Of a stretch of DNA of 64,000 nucleotides, positions 48,927 through 60,158 are shown in pieces; the stretch's first letter is position 1; each line of letters starts with the position of its first letter. The DNA is from an uncultured Prochlorococcus sp. GTDB lineage: Bacteria > Cyanobacteriota > Cyanobacteriia > PCC-6307 > Cyanobiaceae. Position numbers and translations under genes: made by a program. The notes beneath the pieces were generated by a model, which was given only the letters and a program-made list of their open reading frames with translations, ran no database searches and was not told where the DNA came from. The stretch spans positions 1,487 to 65,486 of the forward strand of contig CACJCK010000006.1 in assembly GCA_902591865.1 (NCBI GenBank). Direction: 5' to 3'.

Positions 48927-49463
48927 ATGAAAGAAGCCAATTCAAATGATAATTATGATGCACAGACTCTTTTATTAAATGACTCAAATGGAAACGAGCT
49001 ATTTTGTTATCTTGAACAATTAGTAAGTGTTGAAGGCCGAGAATATGCTTTATTAACACCAGTTGATACTCCAGTAAGTCTTTTTAAGATAAATGAAAAA
49101 GATGAACCTGAACTAATTGAGAAAATAGATAAAAATGAACAAATACTAAAAAATGCAGAAGCAGTTCTTCAAGAACATGATTTAAGACTTATCAGATCAG
49201 CAGTTACATTAACAGTATCAGGAGAACTTGAAGAACCAATTTACGATGAATTAGAAGAAGATTACGTCGATGATGATAGTGAGAGTTATGAATTGCTCGT
49301 TAACTTTAATCTTTTTGACCAAGAATATGGCTTATATATACCACTAGATCCTTTTTTTATTGTGGGTAAATTAAAAGACAAAGGTGCCTTATTAGTTGAA
49401 GATGATGAGTTCGATAAAGTTCAACCTTTGATTGAAACTGAGCTTGAAAAAAGTAGTTCTTAA
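48927..49463 (+). CDS. DUF3727 family acidic protein
   Basis: YALLTPVDTPV, RSAVTLTVSGEL, YIPLDPFF. Confidence 0.8.
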   Translation: MKEANSNDNYDAQTLLLNDSNGNELFCYLEQLVSVEGREYALLTPVDTPVSLFKINEKDEPELIEKIDKNEQILKNAEAVLQEHDLRLIRSAVTLTVSGELEEPIYDELEEDYVDDDSESYELLVNFNLFDQEYGLYIPLDPFFIVGKLKDKGALLVEDDEFDKVQPLIETELEKSSS

Positions 49464-49468
49464 AATAA

Positions 49469-49963
49469 ATGAGATCTATCCTAAAAGTCAATTGGGATTC
49501 AAACTTACCAATATATAATATTTCTCAATCTGAGTTGAAAAAAAAAGGAATTAATTCTTTATTGCTAGACGTGGATGGGACTCTAGTAAATAGAAAATCA
49601 AATATGATCCCAAAAGCTGTAAAAAATTGGATCATAGAATCTAAAAAACTTTTCTCATTATATCTAATAAGTAATAATCCATCAAAAAAAAGAATCGCAA
49701 AAATAGCGAAAGAATTAAATTTAAGGTATAAATACAATGCATCAAAACCAAGAAAAAAAGTAACTTTGTCTGCTATCAAAGAAATTGGCAGAGAGCCAAA
49801 AAATATAGCCATTATTGGCGATAGAATTTTTACAGATATTATTGTTGGGAATAGATGTGATGTAAAAACAATATTAGTTAAGCGATTAAATAGAGATGGC
49901 TTGCCTATAAAATTTAATTTAACTTTGACAATAGAAAAATTAATTTCTCATTTTATAAAATGA
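49469..49963 (+). CDS. yqeG: YqeG family HAD IIIA phosphatase
   Basis: [24 protein letters not shown]. Confidence 0.88.
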   Translation: MRSILKVNWDSNLPIYNISQSELKKKGINSLLLDVDGTLVNRKSNMIPKAVKNWIIESKKLFSLYLISNNPSKKRIAKIAKELNLRYKYNASKPRKKVTLSAIKEIGREPKNIAIIGDRIFTDIIVGNRCDVKTILVKRLNRDGLPIKFNLTLTIEKLISHFIK

Positions 49964-51042
49964 AAACTTGGGTTATAAAAATTGGTACTAGTATTTTAAG
50001 AGGAACAGAGGAAACATCGACAGAAGAAGTTATTGAAAACCTTTCTAGATCCTTTACAAGTTTTCTTTCAAAAGGAAACAAACTAATTTTAGTAACTAGT
50101 GGAGCTGTTGGATTAGGTTGCCAAAAATTAAATATTAAAACGAGACCAAATGATTTAAGTACCCTTCAAGCTACTGCTGCAGTAGGTCAAGTTAATTTAA
50201 TGTCCTTATACGATAAAGTATTTAATAAATTAGGCCACAATATTGCTCAAATTTTAATAACTAAAGCTGATTTCAATTCACGAGAATCCTTTAATAATGC
50301 TTCTAAAACTTTAAAAAAATTAATCGATTTGAATGTTATTCCAATAGTAAATGAGAATGATACCGTAGCAAATGAAGAGCTTAAATATGGAGATAATGAT
50401 ACATTATCTGCTTTAGTTGCCTTGGCTATAAATGCTAATAAGCTTATTTTATTAACCGATATTGAAAATCTATACTCAAAAGATCCACGTAATAATAAAG
50501 ATGCGCAACCTATTAAAGAAGTTCATAATAGTGAATTAAAAAAAATTAAAGATAAAAATATTCAAAACTCAAATAATGAATGGGGAACAGGAGGGATTTC
50601 TACAAAATTAATTTCTGCAGAAATAGCAACAAAAGGAGGAGTCGGAGTACAACTAGTTGATGGAACTAATAAAAAAAACTTAATTGAAATTTTTAATGAT
50701 AATAATATTGGAACTTTATTTTATCCAGTAGAAAAACCTATTGGAAACAAAAAAAGTTGGCTTTCACATGCAATTCAAACAGTAGGGAAAATTACTTTAG
50801 ATGATGGAGCTTCTTTTGCAATTAAAAAAAAAGGTGCATCACTTTTAGCGGTTGGTGTTAAGAATGTAGAAGGAAACTTTACGATTAATCAGGCAGTTAA
50901 AATCGTAAATACAAATGATAAAGAAGTTGCAAAAGGTTTAGTATCAATAAGTAGCGACAAATTAAGAAGTATCTTAAATAATAAAGAAAATAACAATTCC
51001 TCGATAATTGTCGTACACAGAGATGTTCTTGCTCTCTCTTAG
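49960..51042 (+). CDS. proB: Glutamate 5-kinase
   Basis: [30 protein letters not shown]-terminal PUA domain. Confidence 0.96.
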   Translation: MKTWVIKIGTSILRGTEETSTEEVIENLSRSFTSFLSKGNKLILVTSGAVGLGCQKLNIKTRPNDLSTLQATAAVGQVNLMSLYDKVFNKLGHNIAQILITKADFNSRESFNNASKTLKKLIDLNVIPIVNENDTVANEELKYGDNDTLSALVALAINANKLILLTDIENLYSKDPRNNKDAQPIKEVHNSELKKIKDKNIQNSNNEWGTGGISTKLISAEIATKGGVGVQLVDGTNKKNLIEIFNDNNIGTLFYPVEKPIGNKKSWLSHAIQTVGKITLDDGASFAIKKKGASLLAVGVKNVEGNFTINQAVKIVNTNDKEVAKGLVSISSDKLRSILNNKENNNSSIIVVHRDVLALS

Positions 51043-51062
51043 AAAAAAATTAAAACTGAAAA

Positions 51063-52097
51063 ATGCTTTTAAGTGATTTAGTTGATCTAATAAAAAAAGG
51101 AAATTCAAATTTTATTAGTGCCAATATTTTCGAAGATTTAAATATACATGATGCTGCCTCATTAGATGCTGCAGTTAAACATCAAATATCTTTTTTAGAA
51201 GAAAATAATATCCTTAAAGAAAAATTAGATCAAACTAAAGCATCAGCAATAATAACTACTAAAAACGATGAAATCGTTAGTGCCCTAAAGAAACTCAATA
51301 TATCAAACATAATTGTTGAAAATCCAAGAATTGCATTTGCAGAAGTATTGGATTGCTTATACAAAACTATCAATTTCAAACCAGGAATTCACGCTTCTGC
51401 GGTTATAGATAAAACAGCAATAATTGGAGCAGATTGTTATATTGGACCTAATGTTTATATTGGAGAAAATACTGTAATTGGAAACAATAATCATATTCTT
51501 CCTGGATCATCAATTATAGGCAATGTTCGAATAGGAAATAATAATATAATTCATCCAAATTGTGTTATCCATGAAAATACCACTCTAAAAAATAATTGTG
51601 TAATTAATTCAAATGCTGTTATTGGATCAGAGGGATTTGGTTTTATTCCTAAAAATGGCAAATGGGTGAAGATGCCTCAAAAAGGTGGTGTAAAAATTAT
51701 GAGTTTTGTAGAAATTGGAACGAATTGTTGTATTGATAGACCGGCAGTTGGATTTACTTTTATTGATGAGGGAACAAAGTTGGATAATTTAATACAAATA
51801 GGTCATGGAGTAAAAATTGGGAAAAATTGTGCCTTTGCAGCTCAAGTTGGTATAGCTGGAGGAGCAAGTATTGGAGATGGTGTTATTTTGGCAGGGCAAG
51901 TAGGCGTCAATAATAGAGTAAAAGTTGGTAATAATGTCATAGCGAGTTCAAAATGTGGAATTCATTGTGACATAGAAGATGGCAAGGTAATTAGTGGTTT
52001 CCCCGCGATGGAAAATAAATCATGGCTAAGGAGTTCAAGTATTTTTAAAAAATTACCAGAATTAGCAAAAAAACTTAGACAATTAGACAAGCAATAA
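51063..52097 (+). CDS. lpxD: UDP-3-O-acyl-glucosamine N-acyltransferase
   Basis: Hexapeptide repeats, IGSEGFGF, IDR, KLDNLIQIGH. Confidence 0.95.
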   Translation: MLLSDLVDLIKKGNSNFISANIFEDLNIHDAASLDAAVKHQISFLEENNILKEKLDQTKASAIITTKNDEIVSALKKLNISNIIVENPRIAFAEVLDCLYKTINFKPGIHASAVIDKTAIIGADCYIGPNVYIGENTVIGNNNHILPGSSIIGNVRIGNNNIIHPNCVIHENTTLKNNCVINSNAVIGSEGFGFIPKNGKWVKMPQKGGVKIMSFVEIGTNCCIDRPAVGFTFIDEGTKLDNLIQIGHGVKIGKNCAFAAQVGIAGGASIGDGVILAGQVGVNNRVKVGNNVIASSKCGIHCDIEDGKVISGFPAMENKSWLRSSSIFKKLPELAKKLRQLDKQ

Positions 52098-52125
52098 TTT
52101 ATTGTTCTAATAAATAAAAATTTAA

Positions 52126-53199
52126 ATGAAGAAATATAAAATTGTTTTATTGTCAGGTGACGGAATTGGACCAGAGATTTCAGAAGTTTCGAAAAAAGTT
52201 TTAAAAAAGCTTTCAAAAACTCATAATTTCGATATTGATATTATTGAAAAATTATTTGGAGGGATAGCTTATGAAAAATATGGAACTCCTGCTCCAGATG
52301 AGACACTAGATCAATGCAAAAAAAGTGATGCAGTACTTTTAGCATGTGTTGGAGATATTAAATATGACTCTCTGGCAAGAGAACTAAGACCAGAAAGTGG
52401 ATTACTAAAATTAAGATCTGCCCTTAACCTTTTCGCAAATATCAGGCCTGTCAAAATAAGAAAATCACTTCTAGATGCAAGTACATTAAAAAAAGAAATC
52501 GTTGAGAATGTAGATCTTATTGTTGTAAGAGAATTAATAGGGGGTATTTATTTTGGCAACCCAAGAGGACACATAACAAATACAAAAATCCCAAAAGCTT
52601 TCAATACTATGGTTTACGATTCAGCAGAAATAGAAAGAATAACTGAAATAGCAATAAAAATTGCTAATCAAAGAAATAAAAAAATATGTTCTGTTGATAA
52701 ATCAAACGTTCTTGAGGTTAGTCAATTGTGGAGAGATACAGTTTTAAATTTGACCTCAAAAAATAAAAATATATCTTTAAGCAATATGTACGTTGATAAT
52801 GCAGCAATGCAATTAGTTAGAGAGCCTTGTCAATTTGATGTAATTTTAACTAGTAATTTATTTGGTGATATTTTAAGCGATTTAGCCGCAATGTTAACTG
52901 GTTCTATTGGTATGCTTCCATCTGCATCTCTAAACAATAATGGTCCAGGTGTTTTTGAACCAGTTCATGGTTCGGCTCCTGATATAGCTGGCAAAAACAT
53001 AGCAAATCCTATTGCGATGCTTTTATCTGCTTCCATGATGTTAAAAATTGGATTAAATGAAGAAGAAGCCGCAGAAAATTTAGAAGCTGCCATTGATAAA
53101 GTTTTATCAAAAGGATTTAGAACAGCTGATTTAGCTGATGAATCTTCCGAAGTATTATCCTGCAGTGAAATCGGAGACAAAATAATAGATGAAATTTAA
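52126..53199 (+). CDS. leuB: 3-isopropylmalate dehydrogenase
   Basis: GDGIGPE, RELIGGIYFG, NLFGDILSD, EPVHGSAPDIAG. Confidence 0.97.
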   Translation: MKKYKIVLLSGDGIGPEISEVSKKVLKKLSKTHNFDIDIIEKLFGGIAYEKYGTPAPDETLDQCKKSDAVLLACVGDIKYDSLARELRPESGLLKLRSALNLFANIRPVKIRKSLLDASTLKKEIVENVDLIVVRELIGGIYFGNPRGHITNTKIPKAFNTMVYDSAEIERITEIAIKIANQRNKKICSVDKSNVLEVSQLWRDTVLNLTSKNKNISLSNMYVDNAAMQLVREPCQFDVILTSNLFGDILSDLAAMLTGSIGMLPSASLNNNGPGVFEPVHGSAPDIAGKNIANPIAMLLSASMMLKIGLNEEEAAENLEAAIDKVLSKGFRTADLADESSEVLSCSEIGDKIIDEI

Positions 53200-53288
53200 A
53201 AAAAAATTAATAAATAAAAAAATATTTTTAAGTTGAACATAAAGTTGGCATATGACCTGTCAGAATCATTAGATATTGTTTTTAAAAA

Positions 53289-54188
53289 ATGTCAAAACGT
53301 CATCCAGTAGTCGCTGTAACAGGATCTTCAGGAGCAGGTACAAGTACAGTAAAAAGAGCCTTTGAGCATATTTTTGCCAGAGAAGATATTGTTCCCGCAG
53401 TTGTAGAAGGTGATAGTTACCACAGGTTTGAGAGAATGTCCATGAAAAAAGCTATGGCAGAGGCTCTTTCAAAAGGTGAAAATTTTTCTCACTTTGGACC
53501 AGAGGCTAATCTTTTTGACAAACTAGAAGAACTTTTTAAAATATATGGTGAAACTGGTGGAGGGAAGAAAAGATATTATCTACATAGTCCTGAAGAAGCC
53601 GAAGAACATAATACAAGGCTTGGGACAGCCTTAGAACCAGGACAATTTACTCCATGGGAAGATATTCCTGAGGGGACAGACGTACTTTTTTATGAAGGGT
53701 TACATGGCGGAGTTGAAGGTGATGGATACAATGTGGCATCTTATGCTGATTTACTTGTTGGCGTTGTTCCGATAACAAATTTAGAGTGGATTCAAAAAAT
53801 CCATAGAGATAATGCAGAAAGAGGATACTCAGCTGAAACTATTGTGGATACAATATTGAGAAGAATGCCTGATTATATAAATCACATTTGTCCACAATTC
53901 AGTAAAACCGATATTAATTTCCAAAGAATTCCCACAATTGACACTTCCAATCCATTCATATGCAGGAATATTCCAACTCCTGACGAGAGCTTTGTGATCA
54001 TACATTTCAGAAAAGGGGCAAGAGAGAAATGGGGAATTGATTTTCAATACTTGCTTGGAATGATTCACGATTCATTTATGTCAAGTCCCACCAGTATCGT
54101 TGTAAATGGTGGGAAAATGGGTTTCGCAATGGAACTTATTCTCACTCCAATAATTCATAAAATGATTGAGGAGAAAAATCAAGGGTAA
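53289..54188 (+). CDS. prk: Phosphoribulokinase, proteobacterial type
   Basis: VTGSSGAGT, EGDSYH, YEGLHG, NLEWIQKIHRD, QFSKTDINFQR. Confidence 0.95.
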   Translation: MSKRHPVVAVTGSSGAGTSTVKRAFEHIFAREDIVPAVVEGDSYHRFERMSMKKAMAEALSKGENFSHFGPEANLFDKLEELFKIYGETGGGKKRYYLHSPEEAEEHNTRLGTALEPGQFTPWEDIPEGTDVLFYEGLHGGVEGDGYNVASYADLLVGVVPITNLEWIQKIHRDNAERGYSAETIVDTILRRMPDYINHICPQFSKTDINFQRIPTIDTSNPFICRNIPTPDESFVIIHFRKGAREKWGIDFQYLLGMIHDSFMSSPTSIVVNGGKMGFAMELILTPIIHKMIEEKNQG

Positions 54189-54209
54189 TTAATTTTCGAT
54201 TAAGAACTC

Positions 54210-54269
54210 AAATTCTCAAATTTTTTCTAGGGATTAAGGATTTCCTAATCTATAAATTCTCAAATTTTT
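54210..54269. repeat. 16-bp direct repeat pair in the prk-accD spacer
   Basis: AAATTCTCAAATTTTT at 54210-54225 and 54254-54269. Confidence 0.6.
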
Positions 54270-54329
54270 ATATATCTTTCTTGATAAAAGTACCTTACTT
54301 GGATTTAAATAGAAAAAACAGGTAATGTT

Positions 54330-55211
54330 GTGTCATTAATCGACTGGTTTGCCGCAAGGCGTAAAGATCAATTTGTTGGGAAAGTTTCGCAAGATACTGA
54401 CGAGGGAGATGGTTTGTGGGTTAAATGTTCAGAATGTTCGCAAGTAGCGTATAGAAAAGACTTAATTTCAAATTTCAACGTTTGTAGTAATTGTGGACAC
54501 CACAATAGGATTAATAGCGATGAGAGGATAAATATAATTGCTGACAAAAATTCATTCAAAGAGTTTGATAGTTCACTAAGTCCTACAGATCCTTTAGGTT
54601 TTAAAGATAGAAGGTCATATGCTGATCGAATCAAAGAAAGTCAAGCAGGTACAGGTTTAAGAGATGGAGTAATAACAGGTTTCTGTTCTGTAAATTCAAT
54701 GCCATTAGCATTAGCTGTTATGGATTTTAGATTTATGGGAGGATCCATGGGTTCAGTGGTTGGTGAAAAAATCACAAGGATAATTGAAAGAGCAACTTTA
54801 GAGAATTTCCCAATTCTTATTGTTTGCGCATCTGGTGGAGCAAGGATGCAAGAAGGCATGTTAAGTCTGATGCAAATGGCAAAAATATCTGGAGCACTAA
54901 AAAAACATAAAGAAAAAAATCTTCTATATATGCCTTTATTAACTCATCCCACTACTGGGGGAGTAACGGCAAGCTTTGCAATGTTAGGTGATTTAATTTT
55001 GGCTGAACCAAAAGCCCTTATTGGATTTGCGGGAAGAAGGGTTATTGAACAAACATTAAGAGAAAAATTGCCCGATAATTTTCAAACAGCTGAATATCTT
55101 CTGGAGCATGGTTTTGTTGATGTAATAGTTAATAGGAAAGATCTCAAGACTACTTTGACTAAAATTTTAAAAATCCACGGTGTAAAAGAAGTTGCAGAAG
55201 TAAATGTATAA
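54330..55211 (+). CDS. accD: Acetyl-CoA carboxylase carboxyltransferase beta subunit
   Basis: C4 zinc finger, [32 protein letters not shown]. Confidence 0.97.
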   Translation: MSLIDWFAARRKDQFVGKVSQDTDEGDGLWVKCSECSQVAYRKDLISNFNVCSNCGHHNRINSDERINIIADKNSFKEFDSSLSPTDPLGFKDRRSYADRIKESQAGTGLRDGVITGFCSVNSMPLALAVMDFRFMGGSMGSVVGEKITRIIERATLENFPILIVCASGGARMQEGMLSLMQMAKISGALKKHKEKNLLYMPLLTHPTTGGVTASFAMLGDLILAEPKALIGFAGRRVIEQTLREKLPDNFQTAEYLLEHGFVDVIVNRKDLKTTLTKILKIHGVKEVAEVNV

Positions 55212-55213
55212 TT

Positions 55214-55603
55214 ATGAGAATAATTTCTAATTTTTTTTATTTTTCTTTAATTCTTTTATTGTTTACTTTCAATTTTGATTGCAATACATATGCAATAGGA
55301 AATGTTGATTGGGTCCTATTAAAAGAGAATGATGAAGGAAAAGAATGGCTTGATAAAGGGAGTATTAAGCAGCTACCAAATAATGAAATAAGTGTTTTAA
55401 CAAAGTTCTTTAAAAATCCAACCAATTCTGATGATGATGGAGAGTTATCACTTTATGTAATGAGAATTAATTGCGATGAAAAAAAGTTCAAAGATACTTC
55501 AATAAATGGGATACCTCAATTTAATTCAAAATGGCAAACTTCTAATAATGATGAACTAATAGATGTTGTTATTGAAAGTAGTTGTTCAAAGTTTATTAAA
55601 TGA
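55214..55603 (+). CDS. Hypothetical exported protein
   Basis: Signal peptide-like N-terminus; WLDKGS, YVMRINC. Confidence 0.75.
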   Translation: MRIISNFFYFSLILLLFTFNFDCNTYAIGNVDWVLLKENDEGKEWLDKGSIKQLPNNEISVLTKFFKNPTNSDDDGELSLYVMRINCDEKKFKDTSINGIPQFNSKWQTSNNDELIDVVIESSCSKFIK

Positions 55604-56697
55604 ATACGAAAAATAAAAAATTAAAAATAGCGATAGCTGGATTAGGTTTTGGTAAAAAAGTTCATTTAGAGGCATTAAAAGAGTCTGATTATTTAACTCC
55701 TATAGCTATTTATCATTATGAGACAAAGCAAAAATCGATACTAGAAAAAGAAACTGGATTAGAGTTCTTTCAAAATTGGGAAGAATTAGTTAAATCTCCA
55801 AAAATTGATGGAATTATAATTGCCACCCCTCCTGAATCAAGATTTAAATTAGCAAAACAAGCTCTTGAGAATAATAAAAATTTGCTTCTAGAAAAACCCG
55901 TTTCAATATCCTCCTCAGAAATTGAAGAACTTCAGAGAATATCTTTGATTAATAATTTAAGCGTATGTGTTGATTTTGAATATAGAGCAGTACCTCTTTT
56001 CCTTCAGACAAAAAAACTTATTGATGAAAATATCTTAGGAGATATATATTTAGTCAAATTAGATTGGTTAATGGGCAGTAGATCCGACCCCAAAAGATCT
56101 TGGAATTGGTATTCATTGGAAGAAAAAGGTGGAGGAATTATTGGCGCCTTAGGTACTCATGCATTCGATATGTTGAATTGGTTTTTTGGAGAAGCAATAA
56201 ACGTGTCTGGCAAGTTAGCAACATCAATAAAAAAAAGACCTTTACCTAATTCGTCTGATTTAAATGATGTTACGAGTGAAGATGTATGTTTAGCCAATAT
56301 AGAAATATCAAACTACAGCTCGAATCTAATTCCATGTCAGGTATCTTTATCATCGATTTCTAAAAATGGTAGAGGATTTAGTTTAGAAATATATGGAAGC
56401 GAAGGTTCACTTTTTCTTAAATGCGAAAACCAAAAAGATTATGTACATGGTTTTAATTTGAAATATTCAAACACCGAAAATAAAATACAAAATCTTACTG
56501 CAGATTCAAGTTTTAATTTTGAAAAAACATGGACTGATGGGAGAATAGCTCCAGTTTTGAGAATTCAAAATTTATGGGCTCAGAGTATTGTCAATAGAAC
56601 ACCTGTAATCCCAGGCTTATGTGAGGGACTTGCTAGTCATAAAGTTTGCGAAGCCATAAGAGAATCTTCGAAAAGTGGATTAAGTATCAAAATTTAA
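55600..56697 (+). CDS. Gfo/Idh/MocA family oxidoreductase
   Basis: GLGFG, IATPP, LEKP, DFEYR, GTHAFD. Confidence 0.9.
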   Translation: MNTKNKKLKIAIAGLGFGKKVHLEALKESDYLTPIAIYHYETKQKSILEKETGLEFFQNWEELVKSPKIDGIIIATPPESRFKLAKQALENNKNLLLEKPVSISSSEIEELQRISLINNLSVCVDFEYRAVPLFLQTKKLIDENILGDIYLVKLDWLMGSRSDPKRSWNWYSLEEKGGGIIGALGTHAFDMLNWFFGEAINVSGKLATSIKKRPLPNSSDLNDVTSEDVCLANIEISNYSSNLIPCQVSLSSISKNGRGFSLEIYGSEGSLFLKCENQKDYVHGFNLKYSNTENKIQNLTADSSFNFEKTWTDGRIAPVLRIQNLWAQSIVNRTPVIPGLCEGLASHKVCEAIRESSKSGLSIKI

Positions 56698-56800
56698 GGC
56701 TATACATTCATAGGTAGCAATTATCACCCGATAAAGTATTGGATTGATTTTATTTTTTTTTCATATTCTGGAAAAATCAATTGAACTGAATTATTAAAGA

Positions 56801-57868
56801 ATGGCTTTAAATTATTACAAAAATGAGCTTAAAGAGTATGCTCAATTACTAGCTTCTAAAGGAAAAGGGATATTAGCGGTAGATGAATCCACCAAAACAG
56901 TAGGTAAAAGACTTGCTGGAATTGGCGTAGAGAATACTGAAGACAATAGGAAGGCATATAGAGGAATGCTTTTTACTACAGAAGATCTTGGCAAATATAT
57001 AAGTGGAGCAATCCTCTTCGAAGAAACTCTTTATCAGAATCACCAAGATGGTGAGTCAATGGTTAAGAAACTAAATGATTTATGTATTATTCCAGGTATA
57101 AAAGTTGATAAAGGCCTGAATCCACTTCCAGGAGGAGGAGATGTCGAAACTTTTTGCTCTGGCCTAGATGGGTTAGTTGAAAGAGCAGCAAAATATTATG
57201 AACAAGGTGCAAGATTTGCAAAGTGGAGAGCAGTTCTGCAAATTACAAATGATGGTTGTCCTTCAAAACTATCAATTCAAGAGAATGCTTGGGGATTAGC
57301 AAGGTATGCAAGATCAGTTCAAGAATCTGGGTTGGTACCAATTATTGAACCTGAAATCTTAATGGACGGCGATCATACTATTGAAAAAACCGCTGAAGTC
57401 CAAGAAGAGGTAATAAAGCAGGTTTATATTGCCTGTCAAGCAAATGGAGTTTTACTAGAAGGCACTCTATTAAAACCTTCTATGACTGTTAATGGAGCAG
57501 ATTGTCCAACAAAGGCTAATCCTATGAAAGTTGCTGAAATGACAATCAGAACTATGGAAAGATGCGTTCCCGCATCTGTTCCTGGAATAGTTTTCTTATC
57601 AGGAGGGTTAAGCGAAGAAGCTGCTTCTATTTATTTAAATAATATGAACACTCTTTACAGGAAAGCTTTATGGAATGTTTCATTCTCCTATGGAAGAGCA
57701 TTACAGCACTCATGCTTAAAGGCCTGGAAAGGAAGCGACGTTGAAGGAGGTCAAAAAGCATTAATAGCAAGAGCTAAAGCAAACTCTGAAGCTTCAAAAG
57801 GTTCCTATGTAGCAGGATCTCAACCTTCATCTGATGAGCAATTGTTTGTAGCAGGCTACTCTTACTAA
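56801..57868 (+). CDS. Class I fructose-bisphosphate aldolase, eukaryote-like
   Basis: GKGILAVDES, ILFEETL, GIKVDKG, GARFAKWR, PIIEPE, LLKPSM, FLSGG, FSYGRALQ, C-terminal Tyr. Confidence 0.95.
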   Translation: MALNYYKNELKEYAQLLASKGKGILAVDESTKTVGKRLAGIGVENTEDNRKAYRGMLFTTEDLGKYISGAILFEETLYQNHQDGESMVKKLNDLCIIPGIKVDKGLNPLPGGGDVETFCSGLDGLVERAAKYYEQGARFAKWRAVLQITNDGCPSKLSIQENAWGLARYARSVQESGLVPIIEPEILMDGDHTIEKTAEVQEEVIKQVYIACQANGVLLEGTLLKPSMTVNGADCPTKANPMKVAEMTIRTMERCVPASVPGIVFLSGGLSEEAASIYLNNMNTLYRKALWNVSFSYGRALQHSCLKAWKGSDVEGGQKALIARAKANSEASKGSYVAGSQPSSDEQLFVAGYSY

Positions 57869-58015
57869 ATAAAAAATTCTAAAAATATACTCTGGGTCAT
57901 AAAGTTAGTTTCTTTAATTTAGTATTTTGTATATCTAATGACGTGACATTTGATACCTCTTTATACTAAACTCTCGGAAACATATGCTTTATGTAGCATT
58001 TAACTTATTTTAATT

Positions 58016-59089
58016 ATGGCCCTCGTTCCACTAAGACTACTTTTAGATCACGCTGCTGAGAATGGTTACGGTATTCCAGCTTTCAATGTTAATAACCTTG
58101 AGCAAGTTCAAGCAATCATGGAAGCAGCATATGAAACTAATAGTCCTGTAATCCTCCAAGCTTCAAGAGGGGCAAGAAATTATGCAGGAGAAATTTTCCT
58201 ACGTCATCTAATACTTGCCGCTACAGAAACATATCCTAATATCCCAGTAGTAATGCACCAAGACCATGGTAATGAACCATCAACATGCTATTCAGCAGCA
58301 ATAAATGGTTTCACATCAGTAATGATGGATGGTTCTCTAGAAGCAGATGCAAAAACACCCGCTAGTTACGAATATAATGTGGCAGTTACTAAAAAAGTAG
58401 TAGATTTTGCTCATTCAGTTGGAGTTAGTGTGGAAGGAGAGTTGGGTTGTTTAGGTTCATTAGAAACAGGAAAAGGTGAGGCAGAAGATGGTCATGGATT
58501 TGAAGGCGAACTTTCCACAGATATGCTTTTGACTGATCCCGAAGAAGCGGCAGATTTTGTTGCTAAAACAAAAGTTGATGCATTAGCAATTGCTATAGGA
58601 ACAAGTCATGGTGCATATAAGTTCACTAGGAAGCCTACTGGAGAAGTTCTTGCAATAAGCAGAATTGCTGAAATTCATAAAGCACTTCCAAATACCCATC
58701 TTGTAATGCATGGATCTAGTTCAGTTCCTCAAGAATGGTTGGATATCATTAACAAATATGGTGGTGAAATTCCTCAAACATATGGTGTTCCTGTTGAAGA
58801 GATTCAAGAGGGAATAAGAAATGGAGTTAGGAAAGTCAACATCGATACTGATAACAGACTTGCTTTCACTGCCGCGGTTAGAGAGGCAGCATTTGCTGAT
58901 AAAGCAAACTTTGACCCAAGACATTTCAACAAACCTGCTAGAAAATACATGAAGCAAGTTTGTCTTGACAGATACAAGCAGTTCTGGTGTGAAGGTCAAG
59001 CAAGTAAGATCAAACAAAACAGCACCAATTACTTCGCTGATCTTTACGCTAAAGGTGATTTAGATCCCAAAGTAAAAGCTACTGTTTAA
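58016..59089 (+). CDS. cbbA: Class II fructose-bisphosphate aldolase
   Basis: [40 protein letters not shown]. Confidence 0.96.
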   Translation: MALVPLRLLLDHAAENGYGIPAFNVNNLEQVQAIMEAAYETNSPVILQASRGARNYAGEIFLRHLILAATETYPNIPVVMHQDHGNEPSTCYSAAINGFTSVMMDGSLEADAKTPASYEYNVAVTKKVVDFAHSVGVSVEGELGCLGSLETGKGEAEDGHGFEGELSTDMLLTDPEEAADFVAKTKVDALAIAIGTSHGAYKFTRKPTGEVLAISRIAEIHKALPNTHLVMHGSSSVPQEWLDIINKYGGEIPQTYGVPVEEIQEGIRNGVRKVNIDTDNRLAFTAAVREAAFADKANFDPRHFNKPARKYMKQVCLDRYKQFWCEGQASKIKQNSTNYFADLYAKGDLDPKVKATV

Positions 59090-59110
59090 TTAATAACGAA
59101 ATCAAACCAA

Positions 59111-59141
59111 AAAAAGACCTCCAAAATTAGGGGGTCTTTTT
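59111..59141. terminator. Bidirectional rho-independent terminator between cbbA and purQ
   Basis: AAAAAGACCTCC-AAAATTA-GGGGGTCTTTTT stem with A and T tracts on either side. Confidence 0.82.
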
Positions 59142-59805
59142 ATTTAATTATTAATGATTTTAATGTAAAGAGACCATCAGTCCCACCAATTGTCTCATCA
59201 CATGCACGCTCTGGATGAGGCATTAAACCTAGAACATTTCCCTTTTCATTAGTTATGCCTGCGATATCGAATGAGGATCCATTAGGATTATTTTTGTATC
59301 TCAAAGCGATTAATTCATTATCTACAAGTTTTTTTAAAGTATCAGAATCACAATGATATCTTCCTTCCCCATGCGCTATTGGCAAATTAATAGTTTGTTT
59401 TTCACCTCCATTATTAAACCAACTTCCTTTTGAAGAAACAATATCAAGTTCAACATCATCACAGATGAAATTAAGATTTTTATTTGCAGTAAGGGCACCA
59501 GGCAAAAAGCCTGATTCTGTCAAAATTTGAAACCCGTTACAAATTCCTAAAACTCTTTTTCCGCTTTTAACGAACTCATCCAAGGCATTTATTAATGGAG
59601 AGAATCTAGCAATTGCACCGCATCTTAAATAATCACCATAGCTAAATCCTCCAGGTAAAACTATTGCATCTACATCGCTTAAATCTGAAGACTCATGCCA
59701 CAAGTATTTAGTTCTTATGTCTAAACAACCTTCCAGTGCCCATGAAACATCACGATCACAATTAGAACCAGGGAAGACAACAACTCCTACAGTAAAATTA
59801 TCCAT
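59140..59805 (-). CDS. purQ: FGAM synthase glutaminase subunit
   Basis: [34 protein letters not shown]. Confidence 0.97.
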   Translation of the reverse strand: MDNFTVGVVVFPGSNCDRDVSWALEGCLDIRTKYLWHESSDLSDVDAIVLPGGFSYGDYLRCGAIARFSPLINALDEFVKSGKRVLGICNGFQILTESGFLPGALTANKNLNFICDDVELDIVSSKGSWFNNGGEKQTINLPIAHGEGRYHCDSDTLKKLVDNELIALRYKNNPNGSSFDIAGITNEKGNVLGLMPHPERACDETIGGTDGLFTLKSLIIK

Positions 59806-59806
59806 A

Positions 59807-60061
59807 CTATAATTTTTCTAGTGAATATTCATAATCTTCAATAACAGTATTTGCGAATAACCTATCACACAATAAATCAATTTTTTCTCTTACATCGTTT
59901 TCACCATTACCTTCTATTTTTACTTCAATCATTTTTCCTATACGTAATGATTTTATTCCCTCGGCTCCAAGTTTTATAGAAGCAGATTTGGTAGCTTCCC
60001 CTGCTGGATCTAAAACTGAAGGTCTTAGTCTTACAAAAACTTTTACAGCAAATTGGTCCAA
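59807..60061 (-). CDS. purS: FGAM synthase subunit PurS
   Basis: [22 protein letters not shown]. Confidence 0.95.
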   Translation of the reverse strand: MDQFAVKVFVRLRPSVLDPAGEATKSASIKLGAEGIKSLRIGKMIEVKIEGNGENDVREKIDLLCDRLFANTVIEDYEYSLEKL

Positions 60062-60158
60062 TTAAAAAATAATTTCTACTAGAAGATTAGTTTAATTTCT
60101 TATAAAAAGTACTATTGATTAATAAACAAATATTTTTACCTCTGGATTTTCTGAATTT

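Noticed and set aside
54189-54329. tRNA in the prk-accD spacer
   Set aside because: No cloverleaf or T-loop GGTTC motif found.
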